In this document: in pieces, positions 18,057 to 27,836 of the stretch
Layout of the letters: every line of letters begins with the position of its first letter
How positions within the stretch are numbered: position 1 is the first letter of the stretch
Position numbers and translations under genes: made by a program
Sequence record: NC_041972.1
Direction: 5' to 3' (one strand)
DNA: 64,000 bases
The notes under the pieces: generated by a model
Told to the model about the DNA's origin: nothing
Database searches by the model: none
Seen by the model: only the letters and a program-made list of their open reading frames with translations

Positions 18057-18392
18057 TCATTTTTTATTTGAGTTGTAGAGATCTCTAATAGATGACAGAA
18101 GTGAACTGTTTTCATCTATTAGAAGAATGTCCGTTGTAATGACATCCCATTTAAAGGGATTCATGATGTTGTTGATTCGCATAGTTAACCAATGCATGTG
18201 ATAAGGAACGCCGTATTCCAGTAGTAGCATGCGAAAGTCACCACGTTCTTCGTACTGTTCAAGAGGGGTAGGGGGAGTAAACTTAGTTGCATTCGCCCGA
18301 AGCAAATCGAGATGATGCACCAGGACCTGACGAAAGCCGTGATCTTGAAACAGCTTATCGGTCGGGTGTTTGATTTCGTTGCTGACTCGCAT
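18057..18392 (-). CDS. Small reverse-strand conserved protein
   Basis: 111 aa, antisense to the core block and followed by a hairpin-TATGCCG element; HWLTMRINN..NP segment weakly recalls gp53/LysM-like baseplate proteins. Confidence 0.55.
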   Translation of the reverse strand: MRVSNEIKHPTDKLFQDHGFRQVLVHHLDLLRANATKFTPPTPLEQYEERGDFRMLLLEYGVPYHMHWLTMRINNIMNPFKWDVITTDILLIDENSSLLSSIRDLYNSNKK

Positions 18393-18416
18393 ATGCGTAA
18401 ATACCTATACTTGTTT

Positions 18417-18429
18417 AAGCCTATATTAT
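18417..18429 (+). promoter_or_regulatory. Putative early promoter core (copy F)
   Basis: AAGCCTATATTAT upstream of the nvRNAP beta gene; matches copy E. Confidence 0.45.
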
Positions 18430-18462
18430 CTCTTGGCAGTTAGGTTGATAAAAGGAATCATA

Positions 18463-20574
18463 ATGAGTCATATTACCGAGGCAAGTGAACTCTCTGCAGA
18501 GTTGTTAGGCAGTGTGTTATGTTTGAACCCAACCGTACATGGCGATAGCAGCCCACGTTCTGCTATGTTCGGAGGTCATGCAGGACAGGCCGTGACAATC
18601 GAGGGTAGCACGCCACGTATGTTAAAAACCGGGATCGAGTATGAGTACGGTCAACGGACCTTCAAGATTGAAGCGCCGTGTCAGATGCTCGTGATCGGTG
18701 TGATTAACCGTTTCGTCACCAACCACGTTGGTACTGGGGGTGTGAAAGAGAACCCTGAGAAATATGTGATCTATCAGAACTTAAGTGTAAATACGCCTAC
18801 ACCGACGTTTGGCATTCTGTGTATTCCGACCTATCACACACGCAACCACGCATTAGGGTTTAAGTATGTGATGGACAAGAAAGCAATTAACCGTTTGTAC
18901 AGTGTTGATGGTAAGGCGTATATCGAAAAGGGTGTGATCTTTGCCCGTTCCCCTAACTTAACCGAAGGTGGCGATTATAAGTACGGTCGTGAAACCAACG
19001 TAGCATTTATGTCATTACCGGAAGTCGAACAGGACGGAATGGTGGTAACAGAAAGCTTCGCACAAGCCATGGCCTGTACCAAGATCGAAAGCCGTATCGC
19101 GCAGTGGGGTGATGATCAGGTGTTGTTGAACCTGTATGGTGACGATGAGAACTACAAAGCGTTTCCGGATATCGGCGATAAGATTCGTGAAGATGGGATG
19201 TTGTTTGCGGTGCGTAAGATCATGCCAGGTACCGGCATTGTCAATCTGACCCCAAAAGCCCTTCGTACTTACGATCCGAACTTCGACTATCCGCAGTATG
19301 CTGAAGCCGGTGCCACGGTTGTGAACGTGCAGGTGAACTCGGACCGCATGCGTACAGGACGTACTGATGTGCAGTTCTATGATAAACAAGCTGAGCGGTA
19401 TGAACGTGCAGCGCGTGAGTTCTCCAAGTCTCTGCGTAAGATCTACGACGACCTCTATCGTACGTATGGTCACGGCATGATTCTGGAACCTGAACTCAAC
19501 CGGATGGTCACGGATGCCATCTCAGATACCGGTGGCATGGATCGCAAGATGAATAATCAAGGACAGATTATCAGCGTGGACAAAGGCACACAGGTCTATA
19601 ACAAAGTCCCGATTGGTGACTGGCGTGTGAAGATCACCTTTGTTAAACGGATTGAAGCCGGCGTGCGCTTTAAGATCACCGATACCCATGGCGGTAAAGG
19701 CGTTATCGTAAACGTGATTCCTGACGCCGATGCGCCGACCGATGATTACGGTAACCGGGCGGATGTGATCATGGATGATGTGTCGATCACCAAACGTATG
19801 AACCTGGGTAAGCCAACCGAGCAGTATATCAACGGTGCATCAGTATATGCAGCGAAGATTGCACGCCAGATGGCAACCAGCGGGGATCTGGATGGTGCCT
19901 GGAATCACCTCATGAGCTATTACCATGCGGCCGCGTATGAGCAATGGGAAATGATGCAATCACCGACGTACCTGGATAACAAACCGAATCGCGATCATCA
20001 TGTGCGTTGGGTGTGTGATCATGGTATTGAGTTGTTTGCACCAACTGACCGTCGCTACTTCGGGGCCGAGCAGGTACGGCGTATCATGAAGGAGCATGAC
20101 TTCCCGGTTACACCCGTGACGTATCGTGCACCCGATGGGCGTATGGTCCGTACGCGTGATCCGGTGGTGATCGCGCCGATCTATATCATCCTGCTGGAAA
20201 AGATGGGCGAATACTGGGCATCGTGTGCGATTCCAAAACTCACACACTTCGGTACACTCTCATCCTTAACACAGGCGGATAAGTTTGCGTTACCGTGGCG
20301 TAACACTCCAACCCGTTTCGGTGAGTCTGAGTTGCGTCTGTTCTTAGCAGCGTGTCGTGGTTATTATGCGAACCGCTTGCAAAGCATGGCGAACACTCCG
20401 GCGATGCAGAAGGAAGCTGCATTGATGTTCTTGCGTCATGATACACCAATGAACATCCCGAACGTGATTGATGAAACGAAGACACCACTGGGGCGTGCAC
20501 GTCCATTGCAGATGTATAAGCATAACCAGGGCTGTCGTGGTATTGAGTTTGAAACAACCGTGTTAAATAAATAA
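18463..20574 (+). CDS. rpoB: Non-virion RNA polymerase beta subunit, C-terminal part (phiKZ gp71-73-like), uninterrupted
   Basis: SSPRSAMF..H.GQ, EQDGMVV, GDKIREDG, KITDTHGGKGV, RMNLG motifs; AAGGA RBS before ATG 18463. Confidence 0.92.
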   Translation: MSHITEASELSAELLGSVLCLNPTVHGDSSPRSAMFGGHAGQAVTIEGSTPRMLKTGIEYEYGQRTFKIEAPCQMLVIGVINRFVTNHVGTGGVKENPEKYVIYQNLSVNTPTPTFGILCIPTYHTRNHALGFKYVMDKKAINRLYSVDGKAYIEKGVIFARSPNLTEGGDYKYGRETNVAFMSLPEVEQDGMVVTESFAQAMACTKIESRIAQWGDDQVLLNLYGDDENYKAFPDIGDKIREDGMLFAVRKIMPGTGIVNLTPKALRTYDPNFDYPQYAEAGATVVNVQVNSDRMRTGRTDVQFYDKQAERYERAAREFSKSLRKIYDDLYRTYGHGMILEPELNRMVTDAISDTGGMDRKMNNQGQIISVDKGTQVYNKVPIGDWRVKITFVKRIEAGVRFKITDTHGGKGVIVNVIPDADAPTDDYGNRADVIMDDVSITKRMNLGKPTEQYINGASVYAAKIARQMATSGDLDGAWNHLMSYYHAAAYEQWEMMQSPTYLDNKPNRDHHVRWVCDHGIELFAPTDRRYFGAEQVRRIMKEHDFPVTPVTYRAPDGRMVRTRDPVVIAPIYIILLEKMGEYWASCAIPKLTHFGTLSSLTQADKFALPWRNTPTRFGESELRLFLAACRGYYANRLQSMANTPAMQKEAALMFLRHDTPMNIPNVIDETKTPLGRARPLQMYKHNQGCRGIEFETTVLNK

Positions 20575-20581
20575 GGGGTGT

Positions 20582-22552
20582 GTGATGCAAAGCTATCATT
20601 GGCGTGATCTGTTGTCGATGTCTGAGGAGCAGATTTGGCAACTTGATCCTGCAATCAACAACCCAATCATTGAAGTGGTGGCAGAGGATGCCACCTTCAA
20701 GATTCCTGCCCGGCAGGTTATCGGTAGCTGGTATTGCTGGCCGTTTCAAAAGCTCTATCGCAACATGGTGTTGTGTAAGCGTCATTTCATCACAGCGTTT
20801 CGTCTGTCGAACAAAACCATCCTGGGGATCATGACCAACGGTTATCGTGATTATGATGCGATGATGAACGGCACTATCTTAGATGTCGTGGCATTAAACA
20901 GCTTGATTGCGAAAACGGCGAACCGCATTAACAATGCGTTTGTCACCAAGATCCCGGAGTATGTCACGACCTCGGGCATGAAGCAGTATATTGAAATCGT
21001 GGATGACCCTGAGTTTAAAGCGATTCGTGATGCAATGGAACCTAACCAGAACTCGATTCGTGATGGTTATGATGCGTCACTCAAACTGCTGATGGACCCG
21101 AAGAAGTATGTCGGTAATCAGGTGGCGGAGTATGTGAAGCAAGGATCAGCATCAGCAGGTCAGGCATTACAATGTCTGGTGGTGCGTGGTTATCTGACTG
21201 ACCATAACTCGCGTATCTTTGTTAAGCCGGTCATGGGTAACTATGTCGAAGGGTTGGGTAAGTTCTACGACTCGTTCGTGGAATCACGCTCAGCAACCAA
21301 AGCGGCCTTGTTTACCAAGAAACCACTGGAAGACTCCGAATGGTTTAACCGTAAAATGCAGCTGGTTGCACAAGCGGTGCAGAAGATCCATCTGGGGGAA
21401 GATTGTGGGTCGACGATAACAGTGCCTATTGTTATGCGTCGTGGCTGGGCAAGTGCGATGGCCGGTACGTATTATCTGGATGATGACGGATCGTACAAAA
21501 TGATCACGGAAGAGGACAAGCATCTGGAGAACCGGTTACTCAATATCCGCTCTCCGATGTATTGTAATCATCCTGACCGTACCGGTATCTGTGAGCGGTG
21601 TTATGGGAAGTTGGCGGTATCCATTCCGTACTTCAATGTCGAAGGGAAAGTTGGGGATAACCAGGTGATCGTGGGGCACGTCAGTGCAACAGAAATCGGT
21701 GAGGATCTCTCACAGAAGATGCTGTCAACCAAACACCTGGATACGTCCTCGACGGTAGATCCGTTTGCTATTCGTCGTGCCGATGCGTTGTATGTGAAGC
21801 CAGGCTTGCGTGAAAACGCCATTCGCCTGAATCCACGTCTGCGTAATGAAAAGGTCACGATGAAGGTATCTTTCGACAAAACTACCGCATTATCTGATAT
21901 CGCAGTTGCCGAAAACTTAGATGAAGTAGCAACGCGTGTTTCCGGTTTCAATGAGATCGTGCTGGAGTTTGAGCGTGAAGATGGGGGTAAAGAGTCTATC
22001 CCAATCAACACCACCCAGGGTTCTCGTCAGGGTCAATTCACTGTCGACTTCCTGCGTTACTTGCAGCGCGTAAGCTGGACGAGTGCGGACAAAGATTATA
22101 TCTCTATCCGTCTGGATCAATTTGAATATGATTGCGATGTGGTTGAATTGCCGTTAGTGCATGAAGACATGATGGCGTATCAGAAGCAGATTGAATCCTA
22201 CATCCGTTTCAGTAAGGAATCAGCGAACTGGAAAAACAAGTTTGTCACGCCGGATGAAGTGGGTGTGGTGCTGGATGAGTTCTTCTCATTACTGCGTCAG
22301 CGTTTGGGTGTGAACATTGTTCATGCACAGATCATGCTGTATTCAGTGATGACCATGGACCCAGCCAAAGGCGACTATCGTCTTCCGCGGGCGTATGAAC
22401 CACGGCAGTTCTCTTCCTATCACGAATGTATCGAGTACCGTTCTCTCTCGGTCCAGCTCGTGTATCAGGAACAGGCTGCGGTGATGCTGAAGCCGTCCAC
22501 TTTCCTCAATGACAAACGACAACCGCACCCGATGGATGAAATCTTCAAATAA
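20582..22552 (+). CDS. rpoC: Non-virion RNA polymerase beta' C-terminal subunit (phiKZ gp74-like)
   Basis: Zn-site EDCGS...CNHPDRTGICERCYG; SATEIGEDLSQKMLSTKH (A.SIGEP.TQ..L.T.H equivalent); bridge-helix-like region. Confidence 0.9.
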   Translation: MMQSYHWRDLLSMSEEQIWQLDPAINNPIIEVVAEDATFKIPARQVIGSWYCWPFQKLYRNMVLCKRHFITAFRLSNKTILGIMTNGYRDYDAMMNGTILDVVALNSLIAKTANRINNAFVTKIPEYVTTSGMKQYIEIVDDPEFKAIRDAMEPNQNSIRDGYDASLKLLMDPKKYVGNQVAEYVKQGSASAGQALQCLVVRGYLTDHNSRIFVKPVMGNYVEGLGKFYDSFVESRSATKAALFTKKPLEDSEWFNRKMQLVAQAVQKIHLGEDCGSTITVPIVMRRGWASAMAGTYYLDDDGSYKMITEEDKHLENRLLNIRSPMYCNHPDRTGICERCYGKLAVSIPYFNVEGKVGDNQVIVGHVSATEIGEDLSQKMLSTKHLDTSSTVDPFAIRRADALYVKPGLRENAIRLNPRLRNEKVTMKVSFDKTTALSDIAVAENLDEVATRVSGFNEIVLEFEREDGGKESIPINTTQGSRQGQFTVDFLRYLQRVSWTSADKDYISIRLDQFEYDCDVVELPLVHEDMMAYQKQIESYIRFSKESANWKNKFVTPDEVGVVLDEFFSLLRQRLGVNIVHAQIMLYSVMTMDPAKGDYRLPRAYEPRQFSSYHECIEYRSLSVQLVYQEQAAVMLKPSTFLNDKRQPHPMDEIFK

Positions 22553-22560
22553 GTAAGAGG

Positions 22561-24114
22561 TTGGCGATGCGCAATACTGCGACAATCACTATCAATAGTC
22601 ACGGCTTTACAGTCTCTGATTATAATAGTGAGTTCTACGAGAAGTTGAAGTTGTATTGCGCTCGTTTTGTCAAAACAAAAATGGTCTCTAAGGTCGTCCA
22701 TGGACGGAGGATCTTGGCTAAAGAAAATGACCGTGTTTTTGCGAGCGCTCTAAGCAACCGTCGAGAGATCCGCTTTCACATCAACTGCTATGAAGAGTTC
22801 AAACGTCATATGCAGCAGTGGGGATATAATGTCTCCCGCTTTAAGGAAGTGCGAACACCAATTCCAGAAGGCAAAGATGCTAACTTCGAATTCAAGTTCG
22901 AAGGTGTGCAGCCCCGTGAGCATCAAGTGGAATGGTTGGAGTACCAGTTAAATAAAGACCAGGGTGAAGTCACCACAAAGATCAATACCTTGCAAACCGG
23001 TAAGGGAAAGAGCTTCTGCGGTATTTACAACATGGTCAAGCTGGGAAAAGTAACGGTCATTGTCATCATGCCAAAATACATCAATACGTGGATTGTGGCG
23101 CTGAATGACTTTGTCAAGTTAGGTGAGAAAGATATCATGGTGGTGCAAGGCTCGGGTGAACTCAACGGCTGCATGAAGTTGGCTGAAGAAGGTAAACTTG
23201 AATCCCGCATCATTATCATCAGTCTCCCCACCTTTCAATATTACATGTCGGAGTATGAAGATAACAACGGCGTGATGACGCATTACAACTACACACCTGA
23301 TCAATTCTGGGCGATGATCCAACCCGGGTTCCTCATTGTCGATGAAGGCCATGAGTCAATCCACGCGCTGTTCAAGTTCGACCTTTACACCCATGTCAAA
23401 AATAAACTGGTACTCTCGGCCACCCTTGAGGCGGATGACCAGTTCATTAACGACATGTACTTTGTCATCTACCCGAATAAAATCAGGTTCCGTGGTGGCG
23501 AGTATGATAAGTACATCGAAGCGATCGCCTTGATGTATGGACTGGTGAGTAATAAGAAGGTCAAGACCAAAGGCTTTGGCGGGACGTATAATCACGTCAA
23601 GTTTGAGCAGAGCATCATGAAAGACAAGCAGCTGTTGAAGACGTACCTTACGCTCATCAACAAGGTGTTCTCCTTCTTCTTTATTAAAGTGAAGGAACCC
23701 GAACAACGCTGCCTCATTTATTGTGCCACGGTCGAGATGTGTTTGTACGTGACGGATTATCTGAGTAGTATTCATGATACCCTGATCGTGCGTAAGTATA
23801 CCCAGGAAGACCCGAAAGAATCGTTGTATGAATCTGACGTGAGTGTTTCGACACTGAAGTCAGCCGGTACCGGTGTGGATATCCCAGGACTCCGCACTTG
23901 CATCATGACGATCGCGATTGGGTCACGGCAAGCCAGTGATCAGGCATTGGGACGACTGCGGCGGTTGAAAGACTACCCGGACACCATCCCGACGTTTGTT
24001 TACTTCGCCTGCACGGGTATCGAAGCACACATGAAATACCACAGCAAGAAACTCGAACTCTTCCCAGTGAAGACGTTGAGTCTGCGTGAGGTGAACAGCG
24101 GCTTCTCGTTATAA
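22561..24114 (+). CDS. Superfamily 2 DExH helicase (phiKZ gp75-like)
   Basis: PREHQ (Q motif), LQTGKGKS (I), IVDEGH (II), LSAT (III), SAGTGVDIPGL (V), QALGRLRR (VI). Confidence 0.93.
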   Translation: MAMRNTATITINSHGFTVSDYNSEFYEKLKLYCARFVKTKMVSKVVHGRRILAKENDRVFASALSNRREIRFHINCYEEFKRHMQQWGYNVSRFKEVRTPIPEGKDANFEFKFEGVQPREHQVEWLEYQLNKDQGEVTTKINTLQTGKGKSFCGIYNMVKLGKVTVIVIMPKYINTWIVALNDFVKLGEKDIMVVQGSGELNGCMKLAEEGKLESRIIIISLPTFQYYMSEYEDNNGVMTHYNYTPDQFWAMIQPGFLIVDEGHESIHALFKFDLYTHVKNKLVLSATLEADDQFINDMYFVIYPNKIRFRGGEYDKYIEAIALMYGLVSNKKVKTKGFGGTYNHVKFEQSIMKDKQLLKTYLTLINKVFSFFFIKVKEPEQRCLIYCATVEMCLYVTDYLSSIHDTLIVRKYTQEDPKESLYESDVSVSTLKSAGTGVDIPGLRTCIMTIAIGSRQASDQALGRLRRLKDYPDTIPTFVYFACTGIEAHMKYHSKKLELFPVKTLSLREVNSGFSL

Positions 24115-24126
24115 ACTGACTGTGTA

Positions 24127-24160
24127 AAAGACCAGGGGGCTTACTCCTTGGTCTTTTATG
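24127..24160 (+). terminator. Hairpin + TTATG variant after helicase
   Basis: AAAGACCAGGGG...CTCCTTGGTCTTT followed by TATGCT and T-rich sequence. Confidence 0.6.
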
Positions 24161-24198
24161 CTTTCTTTCCTTTTCTTTTTGTTAAGGATACACAGCTT

Positions 24199-24525
24199 AT
24201 GAATGGTAACCGGCCAGTAATGGTGATTGGTGGTATGGGGTTGAGTCCTGCATTGATTGAGCGCTTACGACAGTTAGACGACCTGGAGATCAAGTTGGTG
24301 GCCGATGTGGCAATCAGCGATATCCTGGAGTTTGAACCGGGTTATGCTCGCGGCTTGGTTCAGGCGATTCAGCATCAGCAACAACGTGAGTGGAATCCCT
24401 TCCGGGAAAGCTACTGGGATAACTTCATTACCCTACGACATAAAGAAGTCGATAGACATACCCGCATCCCGCCTAAGAAAGCCACCTGCAGCTCCCGTCG
24501 TAAGGGACGGAGGTTCAAGGGATGA
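24199..24525 (+). CDS. Hypothetical protein with basic C-terminus
   Basis: AAGGA RBS before ATG 24199. Confidence 0.65.
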   Translation: MNGNRPVMVIGGMGLSPALIERLRQLDDLEIKLVADVAISDILEFEPGYARGLVQAIQHQQQREWNPFRESYWDNFITLRHKEVDRHTRIPPKKATCSSRRKGRRFKG

Positions 24526-24845
24526 GCGAGATCGATTATCGTGCATTGAAGTATTGTGTCACCAAGGTTAGTCGACGTATCCGCGACGGGGATTCCCGTA
24601 ACGCGTCACGTTGCCTCTTCCAGTATGTTGAGACGCATGCCGCATTACAAGACATGGCCGCCATTGATCGTCTTTTAGCACAGTGCCGAGAAAATAAGGT
24701 ACCCCTAAAAGAGATCAACAAAGTCTCGTTACTGCGTGCATGCTCATGTTTACGCCCCCACCTTACAGAGTATCAGTCGTGTATGGACCTGTGGCGCCAG
24801 GACATTAAAGCGGCGGGTATGGAAAACTTATTAATAGGATTGTGA
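24522..24845 (+). CDS. Hypothetical protein
   Basis: ATGA overlap with the upstream ORF. Confidence 0.65.
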   Translation: MSEIDYRALKYCVTKVSRRIRDGDSRNASRCLFQYVETHAALQDMAAIDRLLAQCRENKVPLKEINKVSLLRACSCLRPHLTEYQSCMDLWRQDIKAAGMENLLIGL

Positions 24846-24846
24846 T

Positions 24847-25209
24847 ATGTCTGATTATTGTGCGGATATCTTTAAAGCGATCAGTTGCAAAACCCCCACC
24901 AAAGGCAGTGAACTTTACATCGATGATTTCGGTGATCTGTGGATGTTGATTCCCAAGCTTAACCGCTTCGGTGAACAGTCAGTGTTTCGTCAGTATGCCG
25001 GTAACCTTGCGTTGATGGCTGACCGCGGGCAAATGTATCAGGGTCAGTTATATGTGTGTGAGTTGATCCCGGGATATCACTTGGTGTTAACCAACCAAGC
25101 CGTGATGGTCAACCAATACAGCCTGGTGCAGTATGTGAAGACCCGTGCTGCGAAAGTGGAAGCGCGCTACCGTAAGAAACCCAAGCCGATGAGCCGAGCT
25201 TACGCGTAA
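24847..25209 (+). CDS. Hypothetical protein
   Basis: AGGA RBS; tightly coupled to the upstream ORF. Confidence 0.65.
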   Translation: MSDYCADIFKAISCKTPTKGSELYIDDFGDLWMLIPKLNRFGEQSVFRQYAGNLALMADRGQMYQGQLYVCELIPGYHLVLTNQAVMVNQYSLVQYVKTRAAKVEARYRKKPKPMSRAYA

Positions 25210-25239
25210 GAAACCTGACTGACAAGAAAGGATAGACCT

Positions 25240-25749
25240 ATGTTCGAATGGTTCTCTGTGTTATTGATGAAGTGGTTGACCCGAAAGGAAAAGAAACACA
25301 ACAGGGCAGTGCGGGTAGAACCGGTGGTGTTTGAACCGCAACTCAAACCCACCCCGCAGCCGTTGAGTAACGCGTTAAAAGAAGAAGCGCAGCAGATTCG
25401 GGACACCCTGCTGTTTGAGTCGCCGTTGAATAAATCCCGACCGATCCCGACCAAACCCACCTTACGGGTAGTAAGACCCAGTACAAGCTCATCACGCCCA
25501 CACGGTAAGGCGAACGATGACAGCATGCTAACACATGCCTTATTGATGCAGCAGGTGTTAGCAGACGATACAGCGGCGTCTGATCGTCATCATCGTACCC
25601 ATGCCCCTCAGGATAACCACCGCCATGAAGACCGACCCTCGTACCATTCCACGCCCACTCATCATAGCAGCCCTGGTAGTAGTCGCGATGATGATAACGG
25701 GAGTAATGATTACAGTAGCGGACCTAGTGACAGCGGTTCGTCTGATTAA
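25240..25749 (+). CDS. Hypothetical protein with His/Ser/Asp-rich disordered tail
   Basis: AAGGA RBS; ends DDNGSNDYSSGPSDSGSSD. Confidence 0.65.
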   Translation: MFEWFSVLLMKWLTRKEKKHNRAVRVEPVVFEPQLKPTPQPLSNALKEEAQQIRDTLLFESPLNKSRPIPTKPTLRVVRPSTSSSRPHGKANDDSMLTHALLMQQVLADDTAASDRHHRTHAPQDNHRHEDRPSYHSTPTHHSSPGSSRDDDNGSNDYSSGPSDSGSSD

Positions 25750-25788
25750 CACCCTCGATTAACCTTACGTAATAAGGAACGCCTCACC

Positions 25789-26697
25789 ATGACAGACCCC
25801 CACCCCATTCTCGCCGCAGCCATCGGAGAGCCCCAGGATGACGATTGCTGGGATTTTCCGGGCGAGACTGTTGTTGGTCACGGTGACTTGATGTACACCA
25901 ACATCCATAAGCCTCAGGCGTTATGGAACGGTGTTATCCGGTCACTGCGAAAACGTTTCCTTACTGAGCCATCAATTAACCAAAAGGATACTTGTATGAC
26001 CGAGCAATACAAGCCATTGCCTGACACCGGGTACCAAAGCCCTTTCTGTGAGCCCGATGTTCTCAACACAAACGACCGGATTTATCCCCGCAAGAGTCTG
26101 GTAGCCTTACTGGAGAAATTCCCCTCCGATAATTTTCGTGGAACGCCCGCAGTTCGCTATCCTTTTATGCGCCGTCTGGCGGTGTTGTTTAAGATAGCGT
26201 TCTTACAGACCAGCCTTGACCAGAAGGCTTTATCCTTGAATACACGCCAGACCGGTAAGCCACGGATCACGCATCATTCATTAACTGGTATCTGTAATTT
26301 AATGCACCAGCTGCATTATGAGCTCAGAGAGCTTCAGTATCAGAACCCCAATCCGATTGACCTGACCCGTTACCTGAAACTTTTAACCGGTAAGGATGTC
26401 TGGGAGAAGCCAAGTGTGGGTGCGTGGGCTAGTGAATTTACCGAGCTCTATTTTCATAGACATCAAGCAGGTGTTGGTAAGTCAATGTTCTACAACATGC
26501 TACCAAAGATCAAACTGCACCTGGCGGGTATTCATGCGACGTTCGGTGGCCGACCATGGATCTATGAGAGTAATTGCAGGGGTCCTGCTGGCTTCTGGCC
26601 TGCCACGATTGAATACGGCATGGCGCATAATGGACCGGCCATCACTGCTCAGTTAAATCGCGAGCGTCTGGTGAAACCTAAGAAAGGAAAAGCATAA
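25789..26697 (+). CDS. Hypothetical protein (possible second in-frame start at 25996)
   Basis: AAGGA RBS before both ATG 25789 and ATG 25996. Confidence 0.65.
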   Translation: MTDPHPILAAAIGEPQDDDCWDFPGETVVGHGDLMYTNIHKPQALWNGVIRSLRKRFLTEPSINQKDTCMTEQYKPLPDTGYQSPFCEPDVLNTNDRIYPRKSLVALLEKFPSDNFRGTPAVRYPFMRRLAVLFKIAFLQTSLDQKALSLNTRQTGKPRITHHSLTGICNLMHQLHYELRELQYQNPNPIDLTRYLKLLTGKDVWEKPSVGAWASEFTELYFHRHQAGVGKSMFYNMLPKIKLHLAGIHATFGGRPWIYESNCRGPAGFWPATIEYGMAHNGPAITAQLNRERLVKPKKGKA

Positions 26698-27836
26698 TGG
26701 CACTGGATCAAGAGTATTATGAAAAGGCATTGGGCATCCTACTGACCAAAGGTTTCTCTAACCAAGAAGCTGACCAGATCGCCACCACGCTTTCGGTATA
26801 TCTCCCGATGCGTTTCATCAAAGCTGGTGTATGGGCACTCATACCTTACGACCAGCATCCGGCTGATTCCCTGGCATTTAAACACATGCGGCTACTCGAC
26901 CGTATCCCTGAGTTAAAGAAACCAGTGATCCTTCAAATGCCGACTGACTTTACTTACACCACGTATGGTCAGGAGTATTGCCCTGGTGCTGATGCACCGA
27001 CATACACCACAGGGCCCGATGGTTATACACATCATCCGGTTGGTTGGGAAAGTGGGATTACTGGCATGCCAGGCGTAATGGGTCCGGCTGGGGATGACAA
27101 TATTGAAGTCAGTGATCTGACCTGTGATCACCCCCAAGGCGATTTTAGACTATCGTTACCTGCCGAATCAATGGTTAGTCAGTTTACCGTCGTCATGCGG
27201 GTTGGTGGTAAACCTATTAAAATGACGCTGGAAGAACTCATCCAGGAAATTGGAGGTTATGACAAACTTCCTGCTTCTGCACGTGCTGCGATTGATCGTG
27301 TTATGGAAGAGCATCGCAATGCCCCTGTATCTACCGTATCTGTCCGCACGCCGTTACCAGGCGGAGTATCTCAGGAGCAAGCTAACTATCTGAAACTGGG
27401 CGACCTCAGCGACATCGAAGGGATCAAACGGGCTTACCCGCTCATCGACGAGAAAACAGCTGAACGGATGTCTAAGTTGCATTGTCAGCTTAATCAGCAT
27501 ATCGCGCGGGTTCATCGTGAGCCGAGAGACGTTGAGGTATTTGATCTGCTTGCGGGCGATCACTCTCAGCGGATGTTCCAATCTCGTCATGCTAAACGTC
27601 AGTACCCAAACAGTTTGTTTGAGAAGTTCCTGCCGGATCAAGCAGACATCGATGAACCCGAGGGCATGACTGTTAAAATCAAAACCCACAGCGTACGTCA
27701 CTTCGGACACGGTCTTGAAATTAGCACGCCTTTGTTTGGCCAATCCCACAAAAACCCTACTGGACCACAAACCATGCCGGGGCTTGAGAAAGGCCGTGAT
27801 GGTAAACGTAAACGTAATAAGAAGGGCAGACGATGA
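26697..27836 (+). CDS. Hypothetical protein with basic C-terminus
   Basis: TAATG coupling; ends KRKRNKKGRR. Confidence 0.7.
   Translation: MALDQEYYEKALGILLTKGFSNQEADQIATTLSVYLPMRFIKAGVWALIPYDQHPADSLAFKHMRLLDRIPELKKPVILQMPTDFTYTTYGQEYCPGADAPTYTTGPDGYTHHPVGWESGITGMPGVMGPAGDDNIEVSDLTCDHPQGDFRLSLPAESMVSQFTVVMRVGGKPIKMTLEELIQEIGGYDKLPASARAAIDRVMEEHRNAPVSTVSVRTPLPGGVSQEQANYLKLGDLSDIEGIKRAYPLIDEKTAERMSKLHCQLNQHIARVHREPRDVEVFDLLAGDHSQRMFQSRHAKRQYPNSLFEKFLPDQADIDEPEGMTVKIKTHSVRHFGHGLEISTPLFGQSHKNPTGPQTMPGLEKGRDGKRKRNKKGRR

Noticed and set aside
16868-18115. 415-aa antisense ORF rich in His/Leu
   Set aside because: Shadow of the Gln/Met/Pro repeat on the plus strand (CAG to CTG, ATG to CAT); no RBS; crosses a terminator.
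18463-22552. Group I introns or inteins in nvRNAP genes, as in phiKZ gp71-73
   Set aside because: ORFs are continuous with expected lengths and motif order; no embedded endonuclease or intein motifs seen.
25560-25749. His/Ser/Asp-rich tail as a special repeat system
   Set aside because: Such SSDSGSSD-type tails are common on small phage proteins, and there is no DNA-level periodicity.
25996-26130. Prohead protease call from the NTNDRIYP motif
   Set aside because: Downstream catalytic His/Ser motifs are missing; kept only as a fragment-level observation.
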